A stretch of DNA of 64,000 nucleotides from Bacteroidota bacterium (GCA_046160825.1 JBJXHC010000097.1:901-64900); one strand, 5' to 3'; shown: positions 26,918 to 37,988, counted from the stretch's first letter. The notes: a model not told the origin generated them from the letters alone. Numbers and translations are program-made.

Positions 26918-28507
26918 ATGGCTGCATTTCTTGCGTTCTTGTTCATCTCTTTTTTTTCCATCAACACTCTCGCTTCGACTCCGTTTGAAGAGCCTGTCGA
27001 TACCGCTACAGTTTCAAAGATTAAGGAAGAGGGATTGAAGAGATCGAAGGTCATGGAGACACTGGGTGAACTCGTTGATCTCTATGGACCACGACTCACG
27101 GGCTCACCCGAACACTACCGTTCTGCACAATGGGCAAAGAACAAACTCGCCGGCCTCGGTCTTGAGAATGCCCACCTTGATGCATGGGGTCCATTCGGCA
27201 AGGCCTGGTCGCTGAAGAATTTTCACACCACTGTTTTGGAACCCCACGCGTTTCCTGTCGTGTCATATCCGAAGGCCTGGTCACCGGGAACAGACGGAAC
27301 CGAACGGGGCGAAGTGATTTACGCCAACCCCTCGACTGATAGTGCTCTACAAACATTGAAGGGGAAACTCAAGGGCAAGTTCGTTTTACTCGACGAGCCG
27401 CGTGCTGTCGGACCGAATTTCAAACCGAGAGCCGTTCGGGAGACAGAGCAGAGCTTGCTCGACATGGCCAATGCGGACTTCCCCGCACCACGAGCACCGC
27501 GCGAGAGATCTGAAGAACGCAGAGCCGAACAGCGCAAGGCGGCGCTGATTGATTATGAACTGATGGAGATGTGCAAGAAAGAGGGAGCCCTGGCGTTGCT
27601 CAGTGCCAGCAGTTACGACGGGGGAAACATCATGGTGCTTTCTTCCAGAGTAACGTCTCACCCCGACACACCGGCGTCTTCACGGTATCGGGCTTTCGAG
27701 AACAAGTCACCGAAGATTCTACCACAAGTTGCTGTTGCGGCAGAGCATTACAACCGGATGTATCGTATGCTGGAGCGGGGGTTGAAAGTGAAAATGGAGA
27801 TGAACCTCGATGTGGCGTTTGGGAAAGCCGATTCGTCGTACAACGTGATCGCGGAGATTCCAGGAACCGACTTGAAGGATGAAATCGTCATGATCGGTGC
27901 GCACCTTGATTCGTGGCACGGCTCAACCGGAACAAATGATAACGGTACAGGCGTTGCCACGTGCATTGAGGTGATGCGCATCCTCAAAGCGATCGACCTC
28001 AAACCCCGACGTACTATTCGTATTGGCCTATGGAGCGGAGAAGAACAGGGGCTGTTTGGCTCACGTGCGTATGTCAAGAAACACCTGGGCGACAAGGTGA
28101 CAAAGGATTCCGTTTCATCCGTTGTCCTGACCGAACAAGGCGAGAGATTTTCTGTGTATTTCAACAATGACAATGGCACAGGCAAGGTGCGCGGGGTCTA
28201 TTTACAAGGCAACGAAAGTGTTCGTACCATCTTCCGGAAATGGTTGAAGCCTTTCGAATCAATGGACGCCTCAACGCTCACGTTGACAAACACCGGTAGT
28301 ACGGACCACCTTCCCTTTGATGGGATAGGGATTCCAGCTTTCCAATTCATCCAGGACGACATCGAATACTTCAACTTGACATGGCATTCAACCAGCGATA
28401 CATTCGAGCGTGCTATTGAAGAGGACCTCATGCAGACCTCGGTTATTATGGCAACTTTTGCGTACAACGCAGCCATGAGAGATGAGAAACTTCCGAGGAA
28501 ACCGTAG
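26918..28507 (+). CDS. M28-family secreted aminopeptidase
   Basis: Signal peptide MAAFLAFLFISFFSINTLA. MIGAHLDSWHGSTGTNDNGTG and LWSGEEQGLFGS are M28 metal-ligand motifs. ATG 26918 is preferred over TTG 26894. Confidence 0.8.
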   Translation: MAAFLAFLFISFFSINTLASTPFEEPVDTATVSKIKEEGLKRSKVMETLGELVDLYGPRLTGSPEHYRSAQWAKNKLAGLGLENAHLDAWGPFGKAWSLKNFHTTVLEPHAFPVVSYPKAWSPGTDGTERGEVIYANPSTDSALQTLKGKLKGKFVLLDEPRAVGPNFKPRAVRETEQSLLDMANADFPAPRAPRERSEERRAEQRKAALIDYELMEMCKKEGALALLSASSYDGGNIMVLSSRVTSHPDTPASSRYRAFENKSPKILPQVAVAAEHYNRMYRMLERGLKVKMEMNLDVAFGKADSSYNVIAEIPGTDLKDEIVMIGAHLDSWHGSTGTNDNGTGVATCIEVMRILKAIDLKPRRTIRIGLWSGEEQGLFGSRAYVKKHLGDKVTKDSVSSVVLTEQGERFSVYFNNDNGTGKVRGVYLQGNESVRTIFRKWLKPFESMDASTLTLTNTGSTDHLPFDGIGIPAFQFIQDDIEYFNLTWHSTSDTFERAIEEDLMQTSVIMATFAYNAAMRDEKLPRKP

Positions 28508-28572
28508 CTCTGCCGGAATAAGGTAAAGAGCAATGTGATACCGAAAGTCATCCGAGGATCGCCGGCGCATTC

Positions 28573-29079
28573 ATGTCAGAACTATTTGATGTTCATCCCT
28601 TGGTCATCACCGGGATTGCCTTCGTCGCTGTTGCGGGCATCCTTGCACTCCTCTTGCGATACCGTCGTCAGTCAACGGTATCGAAAACAAAGGGACTGTT
28701 CAGTAGATCTGTAGCAGTTTTCGTTTTGGTGCTTGGTGTTTTGCTCATTGTTCTCGGTACATGGGAGAGCAAACGAGTACCGGATCTGTTGCCGAGCACT
28801 CCGCTTTCACAGGTTAATCCTGAAGCCCCATCTGGGTCACCAAATAGCGCACGGCAAGACTCATGCAGGGTAACGATTCATGTCCCGCCGATGATGAGCA
28901 ATGCCCGCGTGCTTCTCGATGACAAGCCATTGCCGATACTTGAGAGACTTCATAGCGCAATTATTGTGAAAGCGGCGCTCGGTATTGAGAAACAAAAAAT
29001 GATCGTGGTCGGAGAGTATCGACAGTGCATCACATTTATCACCATCAGCGGAGATATGGACATTGAGGCCTGCATGTAG
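28573..29079 (+). CDS. Hypothetical membrane protein (two TM helices plus a small C-terminal beta domain, possibly PEGA-like)
   Basis: Two hydrophobic helices (ITGIAFVAVAGILALLL and VAVFVLVLGVLLIVLG). The C-terminus VTIHVPPMMSNARVLLDDKPL is reminiscent of PEGA domains, a weak call. Confidence 0.45.
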   Translation: MSELFDVHPLVITGIAFVAVAGILALLLRYRRQSTVSKTKGLFSRSVAVFVLVLGVLLIVLGTWESKRVPDLLPSTPLSQVNPEAPSGSPNSARQDSCRVTIHVPPMMSNARVLLDDKPLPILERLHSAIIVKAALGIEKQKMIVVGEYRQCITFITISGDMDIEACM

Positions 29080-29133
29080 TCTATTCCATTCCCCATCTAA
29101 GTATATGAATTTCAGTCGCTTAAACTATTCTCT

Positions 29134-29508
29134 ATGAATTCATCGCTACGCTTTGTCGTCATCGGCGCAATCTCCGCAGCCATTGGTGTTACCGCAGGCG
29201 CTTTCGGAGCACATGGCCTGAAGTCAGTACTCTCAACAGAAATGCTCTCCGTCTATGAAACGGCCGTGCGTTACCAGATGTACCATGCCTTTGGTTTAAT
29301 CGTCGCAGGACTCCTCCCCTCCACGTCTGCGTGGACGAATCGCGCTGGCATGTTATTCGTTGCCGGAACGATACTCTTTTCGGGCAGCCTGTACGTCCTT
29401 ACACTGACAGGGATGAAATGGCTCGGAGCAATAACACCGATTGGCGGTATCTGTTTCATACTCGGTTGGGTTTGTATTGTGATCGGTCCTTTCAGGGAGA
29501 GAGGTTGA
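29134..29508 (+). CDS. DUF423 (YgdD/TMEM256-like) membrane protein
   Basis: 124 aa. GAFGAHGL...YQMYHA...FSGSLY pattern with four TM helices. Confidence 0.75.
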   Translation: MNSSLRFVVIGAISAAIGVTAGAFGAHGLKSVLSTEMLSVYETAVRYQMYHAFGLIVAGLLPSTSAWTNRAGMLFVAGTILFSGSLYVLTLTGMKWLGAITPIGGICFILGWVCIVIGPFRERG

Positions 29509-29609
29509 CTGTTCAGGCTTGTCTTTCGTCTAAAATCTAATATATTATCGCCGAATACTAACGCAATCATTCCACGTTCCAATTCATAATCACACTCGGA
29601 GGTCCCCGT

Positions 29610-29972
29610 ATGAGGAAATCGCTCTCTGTACTCGCCCTACTGCTTGCCATCACGCTGACTACGTATGCCCAGAGCACGCAGAAAGGTGACTTCATCGCCA
29701 ACCTCAATTCCGAAAACTGGACACTGAACGCCGGCTCCGGCATGCGCACACATATCGTATTTGTAAAATTCTCGACTCCATATACCGAGGCACCATCAGT
29801 ATTACTCAGTCTCACCGGATATGACGGCAAAGCCGGAAAAGACGGCAACTCCAGTGTTCTGCTGAAGGCGGAAAATATCACACGTGACGGGTTCGTTATC
29901 AAGATAGCAACCTGGGGTGATAGTCGTGTTGTCGGCGTTGAAGGTAGCTGGCTCGCATTCGGCAAACAGTAA
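29610..29972 (+). CDS. Secreted H-type lectin domain protein
   Basis: Signal peptide, then THIVFVKFSTPYTEAPSVLLSLTGYD...AENITRDGFVIKIATWGDSRVVGVEGSWLAFG, which fits the H-lectin pattern as I remember it. Confidence 0.55.
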   Translation: MRKSLSVLALLLAITLTTYAQSTQKGDFIANLNSENWTLNAGSGMRTHIVFVKFSTPYTEAPSVLLSLTGYDGKAGKDGNSSVLLKAENITRDGFVIKIATWGDSRVVGVEGSWLAFGKQ

Positions 29973-29990
29973 GCACGGATTCGTTCCGAA

Positions 29991-30023
29991 ACAGAGCGTG
30001 CGGGATTTCCCTGCGCGCTCTGT
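29991..30023 (+). terminator. Imperfect hairpin downstream of the lectin gene (possible terminator)
   Basis: acagagcg...cgctctgt forms an 8-bp outer stem with partial inner pairing. No clear T-run follows. Confidence 0.3.
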
Positions 30024-30056
30024 GAAGGTTCGTCATCTTCACAGTCTGCATTTCAA

Positions 30057-30632
30057 ATGTTCGAGCAAGACATCAAATCTCGCCTCACCGCAATCCGGGA
30101 ACCATTCACCGACAACACGCGGAGCCTCACAGCCCTTGATTTTGAATTGACGCGCCATGCAATTCATTTCGACGCAAAGGAGAAGAGGCAACCGTTCTCA
30201 ATGAAACACTGGAACGAGGCGCCAATGCCGCAGGAGTTCCTGTTCATCGTTGATGATCTTGCCGTTCGCAAACTCCTTCTTTATGCACCACACAGTTTCA
30301 CCCTGATTCGCGACTCCTCCCTCTCTCCCGCAGTATATTATGTCTATTCCATTGTCGACTTTCTCTGCATCCCGAAACACCGCGTTCGTCGCCCGATACG
30401 AAAGACCGTACCGACATTCAAGGGGAAATGGCTTATTGACTTTCGTAATGCGGCCAGTTTCGATGAACTTCCCGAGGCAATTGATTACATCATAAAATAT
30501 CCTCGCAAGGAGAATACAATATTCCGGGACCACATTGACTGTTGGGGCAAGTATCACTCGGAGCATATCGGTAAGGGAGGCACCACCCGCCTGGAAAAAC
30601 ACTGGAAAGAAGACGCAAAATCCCATAGCTGA
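30057..30632 (+). CDS. Hypothetical protein, no recognised domain
   Basis: 191-aa ORF filling an otherwise empty interval. The antisense ORF 30198..30626 looks less protein-like. Confidence 0.4.
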   Translation: MFEQDIKSRLTAIREPFTDNTRSLTALDFELTRHAIHFDAKEKRQPFSMKHWNEAPMPQEFLFIVDDLAVRKLLLYAPHSFTLIRDSSLSPAVYYVYSIVDFLCIPKHRVRRPIRKTVPTFKGKWLIDFRNAASFDELPEAIDYIIKYPRKENTIFRDHIDCWGKYHSEHIGKGGTTRLEKHWKEDAKSHS

Positions 30633-30714
30633 GTGTTGTAGTTGACCTTGCCATTGAATCTCCCGATATTGTTTGGCGTAGAGACGGAAGTTCCATAATG
30701 TTGCGGGGGGCGAC

Positions 30715-31047
30715 GTGAAGGCGATCTTGTGGCTGGTGATAGTTGTCGTGATTGGGTCTCTGGTATGGGCGGCACTTGGTATCTGGACGGGTTTCTATTC
30801 CCTTTATTCCTTTCCCCCTTCGAAAGAGTACAAGAACGGATTGACGTTCCTCATTTCAAGAGAGAGTACAGAGCCCGCCTTTAACTCTCCCGACTACACG
30901 GCACCACCACGGAAGGACGACAAAAGAAAATCCGGGATTGGCTTTGCCGACATCAAGAAAACGAAAAGACCAATTCTCTCCCGAGTGGTTGTAAAACTTC
31001 CTTATATGCCTTGGGCCTACCGAAAATCGGTGGAGTCGAATTCCTAA
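30715..31047 (+). CDS. Hypothetical membrane-anchored protein (GTG start)
   Basis: N-terminal TM helix ILWLVIVVVIGSLVWAALGIW. No recognised domain. Confidence 0.4.
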   Translation: MKAILWLVIVVVIGSLVWAALGIWTGFYSLYSFPPSKEYKNGLTFLISRESTEPAFNSPDYTAPPRKDDKRKSGIGFADIKKTKRPILSRVVVKLPYMPWAYRKSVESNS

Positions 31048-31182
31048 GAGTGACTTGCAGCCAAGAGTGTTCTCCGCGCCACGTTGATTGGTGTTCTATC
31101 AGCTTGAGACAACGCTGCAAATTTCTTATCTTTTGTACACTCTCGTTCCACTACGTTACTACCAGGAAGTGAAATCAAGTTC

Positions 31183-32370
31183 ATGAGTGACACAAAAAAC
31201 GCAGATCTGTCATCCTTACGTATTAAGCGAACAGAAGACTCTTCTTCTGAGAAAAAGATCCGTCCGGTTTTTCTTATCGTCGGTATCGTTGCAATCCTGT
31301 TGCTCGCAGGATATTTGTTTATATCAGATTCATTTGCCTCTGCTGTTGAAGTGGAACTCACTTCTGCAACGCTCACCTATCCTTCGCAGATGAATGCCGT
31401 ACTCACTGCAAGCGGATATGTCGTCGCGCAACAGAAAGCTTCCGTCGCTTCCAAAGGAGCAGGACGCCTGGTGTATCTCGGCGTTGAGGAGGGCGACAAG
31501 GTCACAAAGGGACAGGTAATTGCCCGACTTGAAGACCAGGATGTTCTTGCCAATCTTGAACGCGCACGTGCAGAACTGGAACTTGCCAATGCAGATTTGG
31601 ATGATGCATACCAGACACTTGAGCGTCAACAAACAATGCTCACTTCGGGGTTAACGTCAAAAGCCGAGGTTGACGGAGCCAAAGCCCGTCACAACAGAGT
31701 TCAGGCCGCCATTAGATCAGCCGAAGCAACAGTGAAGGTCGCAGAGGTCGATTTGGAAAACACGCGTATCCGTGCGCCGTTCGACGGCACGGTGTTGACA
31801 AAGGATGCCGATGTTGGCGAAATAGTTGCACCGTTTGCCTCATCGGCGAATTCACGCGGGGCTGTGGTGACATTGGCGGATATGTCGTCGCTTCTGGTTG
31901 AGGCCGACGTTTCGGAATCAAATATTACACGAGTGGTTGCCGGACAACCGTGTGAGATCGTGCTGGATGCGTACCCGGAGAAACGCTATCAGGGAGTCGT
32001 TCACAAAATTGTGCCGACCGCGGACCGGGCCAAGGCAACGGTGTTGACGAAAGTACGATTTAAGAGTCGCGATGAAAGCGTGTTACCTGAAATGAGCGCC
32101 AAGGTAACGTTCCTCACCAAGGAAACCGACCAAGCAGCCGTACAAGCAGGACCAAAGCTCACCGTGGCGACCTCTGTGGTGGTCAACAGAGAGGGAAAAG
32201 ATGTTGTACTCCTCGTCCGGGATGGATTAGTGACAGAAATTTCCGTCCGTGTAGGAGAAAGAACAGGTACCCGGGTGGAAATCCTGGAGGGCGTAACCCA
32301 GGAGGACAAACTGGTTGCCCGCCCCACGCCCGAGATCACGACGGGATCCAAAGTTACAATAAAAAAATAG
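31183..32370 (+). CDS. Efflux periplasmic adaptor subunit (HlyD/MacA-like)
   Basis: N-terminal TM helix, a coiled-coil hairpin (ANLERARAELELANADLDDAYQTLERQQ) and a beta-barrel segment IRAPFDGTVL. Confidence 0.85.
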   Translation: MSDTKNADLSSLRIKRTEDSSSEKKIRPVFLIVGIVAILLLAGYLFISDSFASAVEVELTSATLTYPSQMNAVLTASGYVVAQQKASVASKGAGRLVYLGVEEGDKVTKGQVIARLEDQDVLANLERARAELELANADLDDAYQTLERQQTMLTSGLTSKAEVDGAKARHNRVQAAIRSAEATVKVAEVDLENTRIRAPFDGTVLTKDADVGEIVAPFASSANSRGAVVTLADMSSLLVEADVSESNITRVVAGQPCEIVLDAYPEKRYQGVVHKIVPTADRAKATVLTKVRFKSRDESVLPEMSAKVTFLTKETDQAAVQAGPKLTVATSVVVNREGKDVVLLVRDGLVTEISVRVGERTGTRVEILEGVTQEDKLVARPTPEITTGSKVTIKK

Positions 32371-32417
32371 TATTTCGTTTCGTATGCGTTCCATTGGTTA
32401 ACATCAGGAGTAAGGAA

Positions 32418-33107
32418 ATGTCAGGACCAAACGGACAGCCGATCATTGAAGTAAAAAATGTCTCGAAATCGTATCAACGAGACAAGATGAAAATCCCGGT
32501 GCTGTCAAACATCACCATCAACGTACCGGAGGGGGAATTCCTCGCTCTCATGGGCCCTTCCGGATCCGGTAAAACCACACTATTGAATCTCATCGCCGGC
32601 ATTGATAAACCGGATACCGGTGACATTCTTGTAGGCGGAACGAACATTGGCCGACTTGATGAATCAGCCCTCGCTCGCTGGCGAGCCAATCACGTCGGGT
32701 TCATCTTTCAGTTTTACAATCTGTTGCCTGTGCTGACGGCATTCGAAAATGTCGAGCTTCCGTTGTTGCTCACCAAGCTCCCGAAGCAGGAGAAGAAGCA
32801 TCACGTGGAAACGGCGCTCACACTTGTCGGGTTGGGAGATCGAATACACCATTACCCCAAACAGCTCTCAGGTGGTCAGGAGCAGCGCGTCGCCATTGCG
32901 CGTGCCCTTGTCACCGATCCGACGATACTTGTTGCAGATGAGCCAACCGGTGACCTCGACAAGAAATCCGCAGAAGAGATAATGACGCTGCTTGACCGGC
33001 TGAACAAGGAATTCAAAAAAACGATTGTCATGGTCACGCACGACCCGCGTGCCGCAGAGAAAGCACACAAGGTCATGCAACTCGACAAGGGCGAACTCAC
33101 AGTTTAG
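32418..33107 (+). CDS. ABC transporter ATP-binding protein (MacB/LolD-type)
   Basis: GPSGSGKTT (Walker A), LSGGQEQRVAIARAL (signature) and ILVADEPTGDLD (Walker B). ATG 32418 is preceded by aggagtaagg. Confidence 0.9.
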   Translation: MSGPNGQPIIEVKNVSKSYQRDKMKIPVLSNITINVPEGEFLALMGPSGSGKTTLLNLIAGIDKPDTGDILVGGTNIGRLDESALARWRANHVGFIFQFYNLLPVLTAFENVELPLLLTKLPKQEKKHHVETALTLVGLGDRIHHYPKQLSGGQEQRVAIARALVTDPTILVADEPTGDLDKKSAEEIMTLLDRLNKEFKKTIVMVTHDPRAAEKAHKVMQLDKGELTV

Positions 33108-33124
33108 TATTCGATACGGCTCCC

Positions 33125-34285
33125 ATGAAAATCCTTAAACTCATTTTTCGGAATCTTCTACGACACAAGCTCCGCACCGGATTGACCGTGCTGGGAATCG
33201 CCATCGCCGTGCTGTTCTTCGGCGTCCTGCGCACCGTCGTTGATGCATGGCATGCGGGGGTGGACGCTTCAGCCAACAATCGCCTCATAACGCGACACGC
33301 TGTGTCTTTTATCTTCCCTCTTCCCTACGCTTACGGGGCACAGATTGCACGCGTACCCGGCGTTTCCAAGGTGACGTTCGCAAACTGGTTCCAGGGAGTG
33401 TACATCGATCAAAACCAGTTCTTTGCCCGGCTTGCCGTGGATGCGGAAACCTTTTTCGATGGTTACCCGGAATTCGTTGTGGACCCAGCGGAGTTGGATG
33501 CGTTCAAGAAGGAACGAAACTCATGCATTATCGGGGAAAAGATCGCGCGGGACTACAACCTGAAGATTGGCGACGTGATGCCCGTTGAGGGTGATATTTA
33601 TCCAGGGAAGTATGAGTTTGTTGTACGGGCCATCTACAAGCCACGTGATGAACGTACAGACGCGACACAAATGCTCTTCCACTGGCAGTACCTTGATGAA
33701 CGGGTACGTCAGGAGGATCCATCACGAGCAGGTAATGTTGGTTGGTACATCGTCACAATCAGTGACCCCGGCAAAGCAGCCGCCATTTCCGGTGCGATTG
33801 ATACGCTGTTTGCAAACTCGCGTGCAGAAACAAAATCGGAAACAGAAGCGGCGTTTCAGCAGAGCTTCGTTTCAATGTCCGGCGCGATTATTACGGCAAT
33901 GAATTTCGTTTCGTTTGTGATCATTGGAGTCATCCTGCTCGTCCTCGCGAATACGATGGTGATGACGGCAAGAGAGCGAATCAGGGAGTATGCGATTCTT
34001 AAAACCTTGGGCTTTACCGCCGGTCATCTCGTGGGTCTGATCGCCGGTGAATCGCTGCTAATTTCATTTCTTGGCGGGGCTATCGGCATTGCATTATCAT
34101 TCCCGATGGTGGAGGCAATTGGCGCTCAGCTTCCTTCCGGCTGGTTCCCGATCTTTGATCTCAAGGGAATGACATTGGTGTTTGCAGGACTTTCCGCACT
34201 CATCGTCGGGATCCTCGCGGCAATGTTCCCTGTTTGGCGCGCTACATCAATGAAAATCATCGACGGTTTGCGACGCACAGGCTGA
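33125..34285 (+). CDS. ABC transporter permease, FtsX/MacB-type
   Basis: 386 aa. N-terminal TM helix, a large periplasmic loop and a C-terminal FtsX-like 3-TM bundle. Confidence 0.8.
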   Translation: MKILKLIFRNLLRHKLRTGLTVLGIAIAVLFFGVLRTVVDAWHAGVDASANNRLITRHAVSFIFPLPYAYGAQIARVPGVSKVTFANWFQGVYIDQNQFFARLAVDAETFFDGYPEFVVDPAELDAFKKERNSCIIGEKIARDYNLKIGDVMPVEGDIYPGKYEFVVRAIYKPRDERTDATQMLFHWQYLDERVRQEDPSRAGNVGWYIVTISDPGKAAAISGAIDTLFANSRAETKSETEAAFQQSFVSMSGAIITAMNFVSFVIIGVILLVLANTMVMTARERIREYAILKTLGFTAGHLVGLIAGESLLISFLGGAIGIALSFPMVEAIGAQLPSGWFPIFDLKGMTLVFAGLSALIVGILAAMFPVWRATSMKIIDGLRRTG

Positions 34286-34324
34286 TACTCATTTGTTTCA
34301 GAGCATGAAACCACATAGACGACC

Positions 34325-35497
34325 ATGACTATTCCCATCAAATACAGTATCCGCAGTCTCTTCACCCGAAAGCTCACCGTCACGCTCACTGTGCTCGGGA
34401 TTGCGCTTGTTGTTTTCGTTTTCTCAGCCGTACTTATGCTTGCCTATGGCATTGAGAAGACACTTGTTGCCACGGGATCGGATGAGAATGTCATCATGCT
34501 GAGGAAAGGCTCGGAAAACGAACTCAGCAGCGGACTGAATAGGGACCTGGTGAATACGATTCGCACACTTCCCCAGATTAATCAGAGCAATGATGGCAAA
34601 CCTCTTCTTTCCACAGAAATTGTTGTCATCATCAATCTTCTGAAGATAGCTGGCAACGATATGGGGAATGTGACGGTTCGCGGTGTGACACCTCAGGCAT
34701 TCCAGTTGCGACCGGTTGTTCGACTCACCAGCGGCAGGATGTTTGTCGAAGGTTCTCGCGAAGTGATTGTCGGCACCAACATCAACAAACGCTTCAATGG
34801 CGCTCAGGTCGGACAGACGATCAAATTCGGTGGCGATCTCTGGACGATTGTGGGAGTATTTGAAGCAGATGGGACGGGATTTGAATCTGAAGTATGGGGT
34901 GACGTGGACCAATTGTTGCAGGCGTTCAACCGGCTTTCGTCGTTTTCATCGGTGACCGTCAAGCTTCGGGACAAGGAAAGCTTCGATGCGATGAAGTCTG
35001 CGATGGAATCCGATAACCGAATGCAGACAATCAAAATTGAGCGTGAGAAGGAATATTATGAGAAGCAATCACGCGCCATGTCGATCTTCATCAGCGTGCT
35101 CGGTGTTTTTATCACCATCGGATTCAGTATCGGTGCAATCGTCGGTGCCATCATCACGATGTATGCCGCAGTCGCCAATCGAATTGTCGAGATCGGTACG
35201 TTGCGTGCTCTCGGCTTCCAGCGCACGAGCATCCTCTTTACCTTCCTGCTTGAGTCGATATTTCTTTCTCTGATTGGATGGGCATTTGGGCTGGCAATCG
35301 CCTCAGGACTGCAATTCTTCACTATTTCAACCGTCAATTTCGGGACATTTTCAGAACTTGCATTCTCTTTCTCGCTCTCGCCCGATATTGTCGTGACCTC
35401 GTTGTTGTTCTCCCTTATCATGGGAGTCGTTGGCGGTTTCTTTCCGGCAGTGCGCGCCTCCCGACTCAGCATTCTCGCGGCTCTTCGAGCTTCATAA
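34325..35497 (+). CDS. ABC transporter permease, FtsX/MacB-type (second copy)
   Basis: 390 aa. Same architecture, with ...GTLRALGFQRTSIL... in the FtsX region. Confidence 0.8.
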   Translation: MTIPIKYSIRSLFTRKLTVTLTVLGIALVVFVFSAVLMLAYGIEKTLVATGSDENVIMLRKGSENELSSGLNRDLVNTIRTLPQINQSNDGKPLLSTEIVVIINLLKIAGNDMGNVTVRGVTPQAFQLRPVVRLTSGRMFVEGSREVIVGTNINKRFNGAQVGQTIKFGGDLWTIVGVFEADGTGFESEVWGDVDQLLQAFNRLSSFSSVTVKLRDKESFDAMKSAMESDNRMQTIKIEREKEYYEKQSRAMSIFISVLGVFITIGFSIGAIVGAIITMYAAVANRIVEIGTLRALGFQRTSILFTFLLESIFLSLIGWAFGLAIASGLQFFTISTVNFGTFSELAFSFSLSPDIVVTSLLFSLIMGVVGGFFPAVRASRLSILAALRAS

Positions 35498-35653
35498 AGA
35501 TCCCACTGATTTTGTCGACTGCTGCTTCCTCATCAAAGCTCCACCGCGACGTCCGCATTCAAGTCTTGCGGGTACAGCGTAGAGCGCCGGGCCGTTGTAA
35601 AACAAAAGCCGATCACACTGACCGGCTTCCTGGAAACGATTCTGTGGAAACAT

Positions 35654-36946
35654 TCATCCAAACGCTGCACGCAACGCAACATCATGTGCCTCAACAGTTC
35701 GATCAATATCATCCTTTGAATGGGCAGCGGAGAGAAATGCCGCTTCGAATTGTGAGGGAGCGAGATATATTCCCTGATCGAGCATCGCCCGAAAGTACAA
35801 GGCGAACTTCTTCGTATCAGCTTTCACTGCCGAAGTGTAGTCCGTCACTCGTTCTGTAGTAAAAAAGAGCGTGAACATCGATCCGACGCGATTGATGGTC
35901 ACCGGAATCCCCATCCGCCGAATCTCCTCGCTCAAACCTTTCTCAAGTCGCATCGCCATTTCTTCCAGCTTCTTATAGAATCCCGGATCATCGTTGAGGA
36001 TTGAAAGGGAGACAAGCCCGGCCGTCATTGCGAGCGGATTGCCCGAGAGCGTCCCTGCTTGATACATTGGTCCGCTGGGAGCAACCAGTTCCATGATTTC
36101 TCGTTTCCCACCATATGCACCAACGGGAAGTCCTCCACCGATGATCTTGCCAAGCGTGGTCAAGTCGGCAGCAATGCCATACAATTCCTGGGCTCCACCC
36201 TTCGCAAGCCGGAACCCTGTCATCACTTCATCAAATATCAGGAGTATGCCTTCGCGTGTACAAAGTGTGCGAAGTCCCTCGAGGAATCCCGGTGTCGGCG
36301 GGACACATCCCATGTTGCCCACCACAGGTTCAATAATGATTGCAGCGATGTTGCCTCTATGTTCCTTCGCGAGTGCTTCTACAGAAGAAAGATCATTGAA
36401 TGTGGCAGTGAGTGTACCGGCAGCAACAGCAGGCAAAACACCCGGACTGTCCGGAATACCAAGCGTTAGGGCGCCGGAGCCTGCCTTGATAAGGAATGAA
36501 TCACCATGGCCGTGATAGCATCCTTCAAACTTAACAACCTTCTCTCGTTTCGTGTATGCGCGGGCGAGGCGGATCGCACTCATTGTCGCCTCTGTGCCGG
36601 AGTTCACCATCCTCACCATTTCCATGGATGGTACCATTGAGCAAATCAACTCCGCCATCCGGACTTCAAGCTCCGTCGGCGCACCGTAGCTGGTCCCGCG
36701 ACCAATCGCGTCCTGTAACGCCTCCATGACCAGTGGATGACAGTGACCGTGAATCATCGGTCCCCATGAACCGATGTAGTCAATGTATTCATTCCCATCG
36801 ACATCCCAGAACCGGGAACCGGAAGCTTTCGCGATGAAAATCGGGTTCCGACCGACGGACTTGAATGCCCGCACGGGCGAGTTCACTCCGCCGGGTATGC
36901 GGTTCCGCGCTTGCTCGAACAGGGAATCAGAACGAGGAGTGTTCAT
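35654..36946 (-). CDS. hemL: Glutamate-1-semialdehyde 2,1-aminomutase
   Basis: 430 aa. [10 protein letters not shown]... and a class-III aminotransferase core with FDEVMTGFR. Confidence 0.95.
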   Translation of the reverse strand: MNTPRSDSLFEQARNRIPGGVNSPVRAFKSVGRNPIFIAKASGSRFWDVDGNEYIDYIGSWGPMIHGHCHPLVMEALQDAIGRGTSYGAPTELEVRMAELICSMVPSMEMVRMVNSGTEATMSAIRLARAYTKREKVVKFEGCYHGHGDSFLIKAGSGALTLGIPDSPGVLPAVAAGTLTATFNDLSSVEALAKEHRGNIAAIIIEPVVGNMGCVPPTPGFLEGLRTLCTREGILLIFDEVMTGFRLAKGGAQELYGIAADLTTLGKIIGGGLPVGAYGGKREIMELVAPSGPMYQAGTLSGNPLAMTAGLVSLSILNDDPGFYKKLEEMAMRLEKGLSEEIRRMGIPVTINRVGSMFTLFFTTERVTDYTSAVKADTKKFALYFRAMLDQGIYLAPSQFEAAFLSAAHSKDDIDRTVEAHDVALRAAFG

Positions 36947-37962
36947 CGCACACCATTTTGCTTGTCGATCAGGTTTGCAGCTTCCTTGGCAAAATACGTG
37001 AGAATAATATCTGCTCCCGCCCTCTTGATTCCGGTAAGCATTTCCATCATAACGCGTTGCTCATCAATCCATCCCGCACGCCCGGCTGCTTTCACCATCG
37101 CGTATTCACCACTCACATTATATGCCGCCGTGGGCATCCCAAACGTGTCTTTCACGCGTCGGACGATGTCGAGGTATGGCATCGCCGGTTTTACCATGAC
37201 AATGTCGGCGCCTTCTTCAATATCCTGGGCAACTTCACGCAATGCCTCGTCGGCATTCGCCGGGTCCATCTGGTGGGAGCGACGGTCGCCGAACTTCGGC
37301 GTGCTTTCAGCCGCCTCGCGGAATGGCCCATAGAATCCCGATGCGTACTTTGCCGCATACGACATGATGGGAAGATTGTGGAACCCATTCTCATCAAGGA
37401 TCAGGCGAATCGCCTTCACCCTCCCGTCAAACATGTCTGACGGAGCGATCATATCGGCACCAGCCTGTGCATGGGTCAATGCTTCCTTCGCCAATAATTC
37501 GACGGACGCATCATTAACGATTTCGTTACCGCGAACGATGCCGCAATGTCCATGCGATGTGTACTCGCACAAACAAACATCTGTAATGAGCAGCAACTCT
37601 GGGACTTCCCGCTTCACGGCACGGACCGCCTGTTGCACGATGCCAAGTTCGTCATACGCCCCCGAGCCGACCTCGTCCTTCTCCTCGGGGATGCCGAAGA
37701 AAATGACAGCAGGAATGCCGAGTGTTTTCACCGCAACACATTCCCGCACAATCTCATCCACCGACATCTGAAATACGCCAGGCATGGAAGAGACTTCCTT
37801 CTTTATCTTACTGCCGGGAACGACGAAGAGTGGGTAAACAAAATCATTCTTCGCAAGCTCGGTCTCACGCACCATGGAACGAAGCACTTCTGTCATTCGT
37901 GTCCGGCGGAGACGCCGGATAGATGTCACCTCCGTAAGAACATTTTTCTCCAGCATTGTCAT
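36943..37962 (-). CDS. hemB: Porphobilinogen synthase (ALA dehydratase)
   Basis: 339 aa. RRLRRT..., [14 protein letters not shown] and VKPA active-site regions. 4-nt overlap with hemL. Confidence 0.95.
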   Translation of the reverse strand: MTMLEKNVLTEVTSIRRLRRTRMTEVLRSMVRETELAKNDFVYPLFVVPGSKIKKEVSSMPGVFQMSVDEIVRECVAVKTLGIPAVIFFGIPEEKDEVGSGAYDELGIVQQAVRAVKREVPELLLITDVCLCEYTSHGHCGIVRGNEIVNDASVELLAKEALTHAQAGADMIAPSDMFDGRVKAIRLILDENGFHNLPIMSYAAKYASGFYGPFREAAESTPKFGDRRSHQMDPANADEALREVAQDIEEGADIVMVKPAMPYLDIVRRVKDTFGMPTAAYNVSGEYAMVKAAGRAGWIDEQRVMMEMLTGIKRAGADIILTYFAKEAANLIDKQNGVR

Positions 37963-37988
37963 GTACTCCTCAAATTGATATTCGTGAC

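Noticed and set aside
31044-31376. 110-aa minus-strand ORF overlapping the macA-like start
   Set aside because: It overlaps the well-supported adaptor gene and the preceding gene's end, and shows no motifs.
35601-35630. Possible bidirectional terminator between the ABC permease and hemL
   Set aside because: Only a 6-bp stem (aagccg/cggctt) with an 11-nt loop and no T-run. Too weak to annotate.
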